DNA of 64,000 nucleotides, taken from positions 189,472,001 to 189,536,000 of the forward strand of contig OZ024741.1 of assembly GCA_964016885.1 (NCBI GenBank), in the 5' to 3' direction. The notes beneath the pieces were generated by a model. That model did not search any database. It was not told where the DNA came from and saw nothing but the letters and a program-made list of their open reading frames with translations. This document shows positions 51,401 to 64,000 of this stretch, one piece after another. This DNA is from Eledone cirrhosa (Eukaryota). Both the position numbers and the translations under genes were made by a program. Position 1 is the first letter of the stretch; the number at the start of each line of letters is the position of its first letter.

Positions 51401-54400
51401 AACCAATTCAATCAATGACAAAATAAGTTTGCCAGATACTGCCAATCCACTATAGGAAAGTCACCAATCTCCAGCCACAACCCATTCAATCAATGACAAA
51501 ATAAGTTGGCCAGATACTGCCAATCCACTGTAAGAAAGTCACCAATCTCCAGCCACAACCCATTCAATCAATGACAAAATAAGTTTGCCAGATACTGCCA
51601 ATCCACTGTAAGAAAGTCACCAATCCCCAGCCACAACCCATTCAATCAATGACAAAATAAGTTTGCCAGATACTGCCAATCCACTATAAGAAAGTCACCA
51701 ATCTCCAGCCACAACCCATTCAATCAATGACAAAATAAGTTTGCCAGATACTGCCAATCCACTATAAGAAAGTCACCAATCTCCAGCCACAACCCATTCA
51801 ATCAATGACAAAATAAGTTTGCCAGATACTGCCAATCCACTATACGAAAGTCACCAATCTCCAGCCACAACCCATTCAATCAATGACAAAATAAGTTTGC
51901 CAGATACTGCCAATCCACTATAAGAAAGTCACCAATCTCCAGTCACAACCCATTCAATCAATGACAAAATAAGTTGGCCAGATACTGCCAATCCACTATA
52001 AGAAAGTCACCAATCTCCAGCCACAACCCATTCAATCAATGACAAAATAAGTTTGCCAGATACTGCCAATCCACTATAAGAAACTCAGCAATCTCCAGCC
52101 ACAACCCATTCAATCAATGACAAAATAAGTTTGCCAGATACTGCCAATCCACTATACGAAAGTCACCAATCTCCAGCCACAACCCATTGAATCAATGACA
52201 AAATAAGTTTGCCAGATACGGCCAATCCACTATAAGAAAGTCACCAATCTCCAGCCACAACCCATTCAATCAATGACAAAATAAGTTTGCCAGATACTGC
52301 CAATCCACTATAAGAAAGTCACCAATCTCCAGCCACAACCCATTCAATCAATGACAAAATAAGTTTGCCAGATACTGCCAATCCACTATAAGAAAGTCAC
52401 CAATCTCCAGCCACAACCCATTCAATCAATGACAAAATAAGTTTGCCAGATACTGCCAATCCACTATAAGAAAGTCACCAATCTCCAGTCACAACCCATT
52501 CAATCAATGACAAAATAAGTTTGCCAGATACTGCCAATCCACTATAAGAAAGTCACCAATCTCCAGCCACAACCCATTCAATCAATGACAAAGTAAGTTT
52601 GCCAGATACTGCCAATCCACTATAAGAAAGTCACCAATCTCCAGCCACAACCCATTCAATCAATGACAAAATAAGTTGGCCAGATACTGCCAATCCACTG
52701 TAAGAAAGTCACCAATCTCCAGCCACAACCCATTCAATCAATGACAAAATAAGTTTGCCAGATACTGCCAATCCACTATAAGAAAGTCACCAATCTCCAG
52801 CCACAACCCATTCAATCAATGACAAAATAAGTTTGCCAGATACTGCCAATCCACTATAAGAAAGTCACCAATCTCCAGCCACAACCCATTCAATCAATGA
52901 CAAAATAAGTTGGACAGATACTGCCAATCCACTATAAGAAAGTCACCAATCTCCAGCCACATCCCATTCAATCAATGACAAAATAAGTTGGCCAGATACT
53001 GCCAATCCACTATAAGAAAGTCACCAATCTCCAGCCACAACCCATTCAATCAATGACAAAATAAGTTTGCCAGATACTGCCAATCCACTATAAGAAACTC
53101 ACCAATCTCCAGCCACAACCCATTCAATCAATGACAAAATAAGTTTGCCAGATACTGCCAATCCACTATAAGAAAGTCACCAATCTCCAGCCACAACCCA
53201 TTCAATCAATGACAAAATAAGTTTGCCAGATACTGCCAATCCACTATAAGAAAGTCAACAATCTCCAGCCCCAACCCATTCAATCAATGAGAAAATAAGT
53301 TGGCCAGATACTGCCAATCCACTATAGGAAAGTCACCAATCTCCAGCCACCACCCATTCAATCAATGACAATATAAGTTGACCAGATACTGCCAATCCAC
53401 TATAAGAAAGTCACCAATCTCCAACCACAACCCATTCAATCAATGACAAAATAAGTTTGCCAGATACTGCCAATCCACTGTAAGAAAGTCACCAATCTCC
53501 AGCCACAACCCATTCAATCAATGACAAAATAAGTTTGCCAGATACTGCCAATCCACTATAAGAAAGTCACGAATCTCCAGCCACAACCCATTCAATCAAT
53601 GACAATATAAGTTTGCCAGATACTGCCAATCCACTATAAGAAAGTCACCAATCTCCAGCCACAACCCATTCAATCAATGACAAAATAAGTTTGCCAGATA
53701 CTGCCAATCCACCATAAGAAAGTCACCAATCTCCAGCCACAACCCATTCAATCAATGACAAAATAAGTTTACCAGATACTGCCAATCCACTATAAGAAAG
53801 TCACCAATCTCCAGCCACAACCCATTCAATCAATGACAATATAAGTTTGCCAGATACTGCCAATCCACCATAAGAAAGTCACCAATCTCCAGCCACGACC
53901 CATTCAATCAATGACAATATAAGTTTGCCAGATACTGCCAATCCACTATAAGAAAGTCACCAATCTCCAGCCACAACCCATTCAATCAATGACAATATAA
54001 GTTTGGCAGATACTGCCAATCCACTATAAGAAAGTCACCAATCTCCAGCCACAACCCATTCAATCAATGACAAAATAAGTTTGCCAGATACTGCCAATCC
54101 ACTATAAGAAAGTCACCAATCTCCAGCCCCAACCCATTCAATCAATGACAAAATAAGTTGGCCAGATACTGCCAATCCACTATAGGAAAGTCACCAATCT
54201 CCAGCCACAACCCATTCAATCAATGACAATATAAGTTGGCCAGATACTGCCAATCCACTATAAGAAAGTCACCAATCTCCAACCACAACCCATTCAATCA
54301 ATGACAAAATAAGTTTGCCAGATACTGCCAATCCACTGTAAGAAAGTCACCAATCTCCAGGCACAACCCATTCAATCAATGACAAAATAAGTTTGCCAGA

Positions 54401-57400
54401 TACTGCCAATCCACTATAAGAAAGTCACGAATCTCCAGCCACAACCCATTCAATCAATGACAATATAAGTTTGCCAGATACTGCCAATCCACTATAAGAA
54501 AGTCACCAATCTCCAGCCACAACCCATTCAATCAATGACAAAATAAGTTTGCCAGATACTGCCAATCCACTATAAGAAAGTCACCAATCTCCAGCCACAA
54601 CCCATTCAATCAAAGACAAAATAAGTTTGCCAGATACTGCCAATCCACCATCAGAAAGTCACCAATCTCCAGCCACAACCCTTTCAATCAATGACAAAAT
54701 AAGTTTGCCAGATACTGCCAATCCACTATAAGAAAGTCACCAATCTCCAGCCACAACCCATTCAATCAATGACAATATAAGTTTGCCAGATACTGCCAAT
54801 CCACCATAAGAAAGTCACCAATCTCCAGCCACAACCCATTCAATCAATGACAAAATAAGTTTGCCAGATACTGCCAATCCACTATAAGAAAGTCACCAGT
54901 CTCCAGCCACAACCCATTCAATCAATGACAAAATAAGTTTGCCAGATACTGCCAATCCACTATAAGAAAGTCACCAATCTCCAGCCACAACCCATTCAAT
55001 CAATGACAAAATAAGTTTGCCAGATACTGCCAATCCACTGTAAGAAAGTCACCAATCTCCAGCCACAACCCATTCAATCAATGACAAAATAAGTTGGCCA
55101 GATACTGCAAATCCACTGTAAGAAAGTCACCAATCTCCAGCCACAACCCATTCAATCAATGACAAAATAAGTTGGCCAGATACTGCCAATCCACTATAAG
55201 AAAGTCACCAATCTCCAGCCTCAACCCATTCAATCAATGACAAAATAAGTTGGCCAGATACTGCCAATCCACTGTAAGAAAGTCACCAATCTCCAGCCAC
55301 AACCCATTCAATCAATGACAAAATAAGTTTGCCAGATACTGCCAATCCACTATAAGAAAGTCACCAATCTCCAGCCACAACCCATTCAATCAATGACACA
55401 ATAAGTTTGCCAGATACTGCCAATCCACTATAAGAAAGTCACCAATCTCCAGCCACAACCCATTCAATCAATGACAAAATAAGTTTGCCAGATACTGCCA
55501 ATCCACTATAAGAAAGTCACCAATCTCCAGCCACAACCCATTCAATCAATGAGAAAATAAGTTTGCCAGATACTGCCAATCCACTATAAGAAAGTCACCA
55601 ATCTCCAGCCACAACCCATTCAATCAATGACAAAATAAGTTGGCCAGATACTGCCAATCCACTGTAAGAAAGTCACCAATCTCCAGCCACAACCCATTCA
55701 ATCAATGACAAAATAAGTTTGCCAGATACTGCCAATCCACTATAAGAAAGTCACCAATCTCCAGCCACAACCCATTCAATCAATGACAAAATAAGTTGGC
55801 CAGATACTGCCAATCCACTGTAAGAAAGTCACCAATCTCCAGCCACAACCCATTCAATCAATGACAAAATAAGTTTGCCAGATACTGCAAATCCACTGTA
55901 AGAAAGTCACCAATCTCCAGCCACAACCCATTCAATCAATGACAAAATAAGTTGGCCAGATACTGCCAATCCACTATAAGAAAGTCACCAATCTCCAGCC
56001 TCACCCCATTCAATCAATGACGAAATAAGTTGGCCAGATACTGCCAATCCACTGTAAGAAAGTCACCAATCTCCAGCCACAACCCATTTAATCAATGACA
56101 AAATAAGTTTGCCAGATACTGCCAATCCACTATAAGAAAGTCACCAATCTCCAGCCACAACCCATTCAATCAATGACACAATAAGTTTGCCAGATACTGC
56201 CAATCCACTATAAGAAAGTCACCAATTTCCAGCCACAACCCATTCAATCAATGACAAAATAAGTTTGCCAGATACTGCCAATCCACTATAAGAAAGTCAC
56301 CAATCTCCAGCCACAACCCATTCAATCAATGACAAAATAAGTTTGCCAGATACTGCCAATCCACTATAAGAAAGTCACCAATCTCCAGCCACAACCCATT
56401 CAATCAATGACAAAATAAGTTGGCCAGATACTGCCAATCCACTGTAAGAAAGTCACCAATCTCCAGCCACAACCCATTCAATCAATGACAAAATAAGTTT
56501 GCCAGATACTGCCAATCCACTATAAGAAAGTCACCAATCTCCAGCCACAACCCATTCAATCAATGACATAATAAGTTTGCCAGATACTGCCAATCCACTA
56601 TAAAAAGTCACCAATCTCCAGCTACAACCAATTCAATCAATGACAAAATAAGTTTGCCAGATACTGCCAATCCACTATAGGAAAGTCACCAATCTCCAGC
56701 CACAACCCATTCAATCAATGACAAAATAAGTTGGCCAGATACTGCCAATCCACTGTAAGAAAGTCACCAATCTCCAGCCACAACCCATTCAATCAATGAC
56801 AAAATAAGTTTGCCAGATACTGCCAATCCACTGTAAGAAAGTCACCAATCCCCAGCCACAACCCATTCAATCAATGACAAAATAAGTTTGCCAGATACTG
56901 CCAATCCACTGTAAGAAAGTCACCAATCTCCAGCCACAACCCATTCAATCAATGACAAAATAAGTTGGCCAGATACTGCCAATCCACTGTAAGAAAGTCA
57001 GCAATCTCCAGCCACAACCCATTCAATCAATGACAAAATAAGTTTGCCAGATACTGCCAATCCACTATAAGAAAGTCACCAATCTCCAGCCACAACCCAT
57101 TCAATCAATGACAAAATAAGTTGGCAAGATACTGCCAATCCACTATAAGAAAGTCACCAATCTCCAGCCACAAGCCATTCAATCAATGACAAAATAAGTT
57201 AGCCAGATACTGCCAATCCACTATAAGAAACTCACCAATCTCCAGCCACAACCCATTCAATCAATGACAAAATAAGTTTGCCAGATACTGCCAATCCACT
57301 ATAAGAAAGTCACCAATCTCCAGCCACAACCCATTCAATCAATGACAAAGTAAGTTTGCCAGATACTGCCAATCCACTATAAGAAAGTCACCAATCTCCA

Positions 57401-60400
57401 GCCCCAACCCATTCAATCAATGACAAAATAAGTTGGCCAGATACTGCCAATCCACTATAGGAAAGTCCCCAATCTCCAGCCACAACCCATTCAATCAATG
57501 ACAATATAAGTTGGCCAGATACTGCCAATCCACTATAAGAAAGTCACCAATCTCCAACCACAACCCATTCAATCAATGACAAAATAAGTTTGCCAGATAC
57601 TGCCAATCCACTGTAAGAAAGTCACCAATCTCCAGCCACAACCCATTCAATCAATGACAATATAAGTTTGCCAGATACTGCCAGTCCACTATAAGAAAGT
57701 CACCAATCTCCAGCCACAACCCATTCAATCAATGACAAAATAAGTTTGCCAGATACTGCCAATCCACTATAAGAAAGTCACCAATCTCCAGCCACAACCC
57801 ATTCAATCAATGACAAAATAAGTTTGCCAGATACTGCCAATCCACCATAAGAAAGTCACCAATCTCCAGCCACAACCCATTCAATCAATGACAAAATAAG
57901 TTTGCCAGATACTGCCAATCCACTATAAGAAAGTCACCAATCTCCAGCCACAACCCATTCAATCAATGACAATATAAGTTTGCCAGATACTGCCAATCCA
58001 CTATAAGAAAGTCAACAATCTCCAGCCACAACCCATTCAATCAATGACAATATAAGCTTGGCAGATACTGCCAATCCACTATAAGAAAGTCACCAATCTC
58101 CAGCCACAACCCATTCAATCAATGACAATATAAGTTTGCCAGATACTGCCAATCCACTATAAGAAAGTCACCAATCTCCAGCCACAACCCATTCAATCAA
58201 TGACAAAATAAGTTGGCCAGATACTGCCAATCCACTGTAAGAAAGTCACCAATCTCCAGCCACAACCCATTCAATCAATGACAAAATAAGTTTGCCAGAT
58301 ACTGCCAATCCACTATAAGAAAGTCACCAATCTCCAGCCACAACCCATTCAATCAATGACAAAATAAGTTGGCCAGATACTGCCAATCCACTGTAAGAAA
58401 GTCACCAATCTCCAGCCACAACCCATTCAATCAATGACAAAATAAGTTTGCCAGATACTGCCAATCCACTATAAGAAAGTCACCAATCTCCAGCCACAAC
58501 CCATTCAATCAATGACAAAATAAGTTGGCCAGATACTGCCAATCCACTATAAGAAAGTCACCAATCTCCAGCCACAACCCATTCAATCAATGACAAAATA
58601 AGTTTGCCAGATACTGCCAATCCACTATTAGAAAGTCATCAATCTCCAGCCACAACCCATTCAATCAATGACAAAATAAGTTTGCTAGATACTGCCAATC
58701 CACTATAAGAAAGTCACCAATCTCCAGCCACAACCCATTCAATCAATGACAAAATAAGTTGGCCAGATACTGCCAATCCACTGTAAGAAAGTCACCAATC
58801 TCCAGCCACAACCCATTCAATCAATGACAAAATAAGTTTGCCTGATACTGCCAATCCACTATAAGAAAGTCACCAATCTCCAGTCACAACCCATTCAATC
58901 AATGACAAAATAAGTTGGCCAGATACTGCCAATCCACTATAAGAAAGTCACCAATCTCCAGCCACAACCCATTCAATCAATGACAAAATAAGTTTGCCAG
59001 ATACTGCCAATCCACTATAAGAAAGTCACCAATCTCCAGCCACAACCCATTCAATCAATGACAAAATAAGTTTGCCAGATACTGCCAATCCACTATAAGA
59101 AAGTCACCAATCTCCAGCCACAACCCATTCAATCAATGACAAAATAAATTTGCCAGATACTGCCAATCCACTATAAGAAAGTCACCAATCTCCAGCCACA
59201 ACCCATTCAATCAATGACAAAATAAGTTTGCTAGATACTGCCAATCCACTATAAGAAAGTCACCAATCTCCAGCCACAACCCATTCAATCAATGACAAAA
59301 TAAGTTTGCCAGATACTGCCAATCCACTATAAGAAAGTCACCAATCTCCAGCCACAACCCATTCAATCAATGACAAAATAAGTTGGCCAGATACTGCCAA
59401 TCCACTGTAAGAAAGTCACCAATCTCCAGCCACAACCCATTCAATCAATGACAAAATAAGTTTGCCAGATACCGCCAATCCACTGTAAGAAAGTCACCAA
59501 TCTCCAGCCACAACCCATTCAATCAATGACAAAATAAGTTTGCCAGATACTGCCAATCCACTGTAAGAAAGTCACCAATCTCCAGCCACAACCCATTCAA
59601 TCAATGACAAAATAAGTTTGCCAGATACTGCCAATCCACTATAAGAAAGTCACCAATCTCCAGCCGCAACCCATTCAATCAATGACAAAATAAGTTTGCC
59701 AGATACTGCCCATCCACTATAAGAAAGTCACCAATCTCCAGCCACAACCCATTCAATCAATGACAAAATAAGTTGGCCAGATACTGCCAATCCACTATAA
59801 GAAAGTCACCAATCTCCAGCCACAACCCATTCAATCAATGACAAAATAAGTTTGCCAGATACTGCCAATCCACTATAAGAAAGTCACCAATCTCCAGCCA
59901 CAACCCATTAAATCAATGACAAAATAAGTTTGCCAGATACTGCAAATCCACTATAAGAAAGTCACTAATCTCCAGCCACAATCCATTCAATCAATGACAA
60001 AATAAGTTTGCCAGATACTGCAAATCCACTATAAGAAAGTCACCAATCTCCAGCCACAACCCATTCAATCAATGACAAAGAAGTTTGCCAGATACTGCCA
60101 ATCCACTATAAGAAATTCACCAATCTCCAGCCACAACCCATTCAATCAATGACAAAATAAGTTGGCCAGATACTGCCAATCCACTGTAAGAAAGTCACCA
60201 ATCTCCAGCCACAACCCATTCAATCAATGACAAAATAAGTTTGCCAGATACTGCCAATCCACTATAAGAAAGTCACCAATCTCCAGCCACAACCCATTCA
60301 ATCAATGACAAAATAAGTTTGCCAGATACTGCCAATCCACTATAAGAAAGTCACCAATCTCCAGCCACAACCCATTCAATCAATGACAAAATAAGTTTGC

Positions 60401-63400
60401 CAGATTGTGCCAATCCACTATAAGAAAGTCAACAATCTCCAGCCACAACCCATTCAATCAATGACAAAATAATTTTGCCAGATACTGCAAATCCACTATA
60501 AGAAAGTCACCAATCTCCAGCCACAACCCATTCAATCAATGACAAAATAAGTTTGCCAGATACTGCAAATCCACTATAAGAAAGTCACCAATCTCCAGCC
60601 ACAACCCATTCAATCAATGACAAAATAAGTTTGCCAGATACCGCAAATCCACTATAAGAAAGTCACCAATCTCCAGCCACAACCAATTAACTCAATGACA
60701 AAATAAGTTTGCCAGATACTGCCAATCCACTATAAGAAAGTCACCAATCTCCAGCCACAACCCATTCAATCAATGACAAAATAAGTTTGCCAGATACTGC
60801 CAATCCACTATAAGAAAGTCACCAATCTCCAGCCACAACCCATTCAATCAATGACAAAATAAGTTGGCCAGATACTGCCAATCCACTATAAGAAAGTCAC
60901 CAATCTCCAGCCACAACCCATTCAATCAATGACAAAATAAGTTGGCCAGATACTGCCAATCCACTGTAAGAAAGTCACCAATCTCCAGCCACAACCCATT
61001 CAATCAATGACAAAATAAGTTTGCCAGATACTGCCAATCCACTATAAGAAAGTCACCAATCTCCAGCCACAACCCATTCAATCAATGACAAAATAAGTTG
61101 GCGAGATACTGCCAATCCACTATAAGAAAGTCACCAATCTCCAGCCACAACCCATTCAATCAATGACAAAACAAGTTTGCCAGATACTGCCAATCCACTG
61201 TAAGAAAGTCACCAATCTCCAGCCACAACCCATTCAATCAATGACAAAATAAGTTTGCCAGATACTGCAAATCCACTATAAGAAAGTCACCAATCTCCAG
61301 CCACAACCCATTCAATCAATGACAAAATAAGTTTGCCGGATACCGCAAATCCACTATAAGAAAGTCACCAATCTCCAGCCACAACCCATTCAATCAATGA
61401 CAAAATAAGTTTGCCAGATACTGCCAATCCACTATAAGAAAGTCACCAATCTCCAGCCACAACCCATTCAATCAATGACAAAGAAGTTTGCCAGATACTG
61501 CCAATCCACTGTAAGAAAGTCACCAATCTCCAGCCACAACCCATTCAATCAATGACAAAATAAGTTTGCCAGATACTGCCAATCCACTATAAGAAAGTCA
61601 CGAATCTCCAGCCACAATCCATTCAATCAATGACAAAATAAGTTGGCCAGATACTGCCAATCCACTGTAAGAAAGTCACCAATCTCCAGCCACAACCCAT
61701 TCAATCAATGACAAAATAAGTTTGCCAGATACTGCCAATCCACTATAAGAAAGTCACCAATCTCCAGCCACAACCCATTCAATCAATGACAAAATAAGTT
61801 TGCCAGATACTGCCAATCCATTGTAAGAAAGTCACCAATCTCCAGCCACAACCCATTCAATCAATGACAAAATAAATTTGCCAGATACTGCCAATCCACT
61901 GTAAGAAAGTCACCAATCTCCAGCCACAACCCATTCAATCAATGACAAAATAAGTTTGCCAGATACCGCAAATCCACTATAAGAAAGTCACCAATCTCCA
62001 GCCACAACCCATTCAATCAATGACAAAATAAGTTGGCCAGATACTGCCAATCCACTATAAGAAAGTCACCAATCTCCAGCCACAACCCATTCAATCAATG
62101 ACAAAATAAGTTGGCCAGATACTGCCAATCCACTATAAGAAAGTCACCAATCTCCAGCCACAACCCATTCAATCAATGACAAAATAAGTTGGCCAGATAC
62201 TGCCAATCCACTGTAAGAAAGTCACCAATCTCCAGCCACAACCCATTCAATCAATGACAAAATAAGTTTGCCAGATACTGCCAATCCACTATAAGAAAGT
62301 CACCAATCTCCAGCCACAACCCATTCAATCAATGACAAAATAAGTTGGCGAGATACTGCCAATCCACTATAAGAAAGTCACCAATCTCCAGCCACAACCC
62401 ATTCAATCAATGACAAAACAAGTTTGCCAGATACTGCCAATCCACTGTAAGAAAGTCACCAATCTCCAGCCACAACCCATTCAATCAATGACAAAATAAG
62501 TTTGCCAGATACTGCCAATCCACTGTAAGAAAGTCACCAACCTCCAGCCACAACCAATTCAATCAATGACAAAATAAGTTTGCCAGATACTGCCAATCCA
62601 CTATAAGAAAGTCACCAATCTCCAGCCACAACCCATTCAATCAATGACAAAATAAGTTGGCCAGATACTGCCAATCCACTATAAGAAAGTCACCAATCTC
62701 CAGCCACAACCCATTCAATCAATGACAAAATAAGTTTGCCAGATACTGCCAATCCACTATAAGAAAGTCACCAATCTCCAGCCACAACCCATTCAATCAA
62801 TGACAAAATAAGTTTGCTAGATACTGCCAATCCACTATAAGAAAGTCACCAATCTCCAGCCACAACCCATTCAATCAATGACAAAATAAGTTGGCCAGAT
62901 ACTGCCAATCCACTGTAAGAAAGTCACCAATCTCCAGCCACAACCCATTCAATCAATGACAAAATAAGTTTGCCAGATACTGCCAATCCACTGTAAGAAA
63001 GTCACCAATCTCCAGCCACAACCCATTCAATCAATGACAAAATAAGTTTGCCAGATACTGCCAATCCACTGTAAGAAAGTCACCAGCCTCCAGCCACAAC
63101 CAATTCAATCAATGACAAAATAAGTTTGCCAGATACTGCCAATCCACTATAAGAAAGTCACCAATCTCCAGCCACAACCCATTCAATCAATGACAAAATA
63201 AGTTGGCCAGATACTGCCAATCCACTGTAAGAAAGTCACCAATCTCCTGCCACAACCCATTCAATCAATGACAAAATAAGTTTGCCAGAGACTGCCAATC
63301 CACTGTAAGAAAGTCACCAATCTCCAGCCACAACCCATTCAATCAATGACAAAATAAGTTTGCCAGATACTGCCAATCCACCGTAAAAAAAAGTCACCAA

Positions 63401-64000
63401 CCTCTAGCCACAACCAATTCAATCAATGACAAAATAAGTTTGCCAGATACTGCCAATCCACTATAAGAAAGTCACCAATCTCCAGACACAACCCATTCAA
63501 TCAATGACGAAATAAGTTGGCCAGATACTGCCAATCCACTATAAGAAAGTCACCAATCTCCAGCCACAACCCATTCAATCAATGACAAAATAAGTTTGCC
63601 AGATACTGCCAATCCACTATAAGAAAGTCACCAATCTCCAGCCACAACCAATTCAATCAATGACAAAATGAGTTTGCCAGATACTGCAAATCCACTATAA
63701 GAAAGTCACCAATCTCCAGCCACAACCCATTCAATCAATGACAAAATAAGTTTGCCAGATACTGCCAATCCACTATAAGAAAGTCACCAATCTCCAGCCA
63801 CAACCCATTCAATCAATGACAAAATAAGTTGGCGAGATACTGCCAATCCACTATAAGAAAGTCACCAATCTCCAGCCACAACCCATTCAATCAATGACAA
63901 AACAAGTTTGCCAGATACTGCCAATCCACTGTAAGAAAGTCACCAATCTCCAGCCACAACCCATTCAATCAATGACAAAATAAGTTTGCCAGATACTGCA
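45426..64000. repeat. 78-bp satellite array (>=18.5 kb, ~238 copies, continuing past the window edge)
   Basis: Unit CAGATACTGCCAATCCACTATAAGAAAGTCACCAATCTCCAGCCACAACCCATTCAATCAATGACAAAATAAGTTTGC, period 78 (45426, 45504 and onward). Confidence 0.98.

Noticed and set aside
31130-64000. CRISPR-like arrays
   Set aside because: The units are contiguous near-identical monomers with no unique spacers and no cas genes; this is eukaryotic satellite DNA.

Overview
AT-rich, microsatellite-dense animal genomic DNA with no recognisable host protein-coding gene. The repeat inventory (RTE tails with (CAT)n, Dong/R4, tRNA-derived SINEs, Penelope-like ends) resembles a cephalopod/octopus genome; this is an inference. 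The window is a nested transposon and satellite landscape. From left to right: (1) the 5' LTR of a Gypsy-like element (859-1091, minus) interrupting a decayed Tx1/L1 LINE; (2) many RTE, SINE, MITE and Penelope-derived fragments, several carrying hammerhead-ribozyme cores; (3) a terminus-to-terminus Helitron (22129-30654, minus) split by a hAT Buster/Charlie transposon (23911-27007); (4) a 70-bp satellite bracketed by inverted hammerhead-bearing Penelope-like ends and interrupted by a young CsRn1-clade Gypsy element (33961-39871) whose gag region contains a ~480-bp fold-back inverted duplication; (5) an 18.5-kb 78-bp satellite that begins inside a SINE head and shows nested higher-order duplications (780, 858 and 5225 bp). 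Coordinates were counted by eye and may be off by a few bases.
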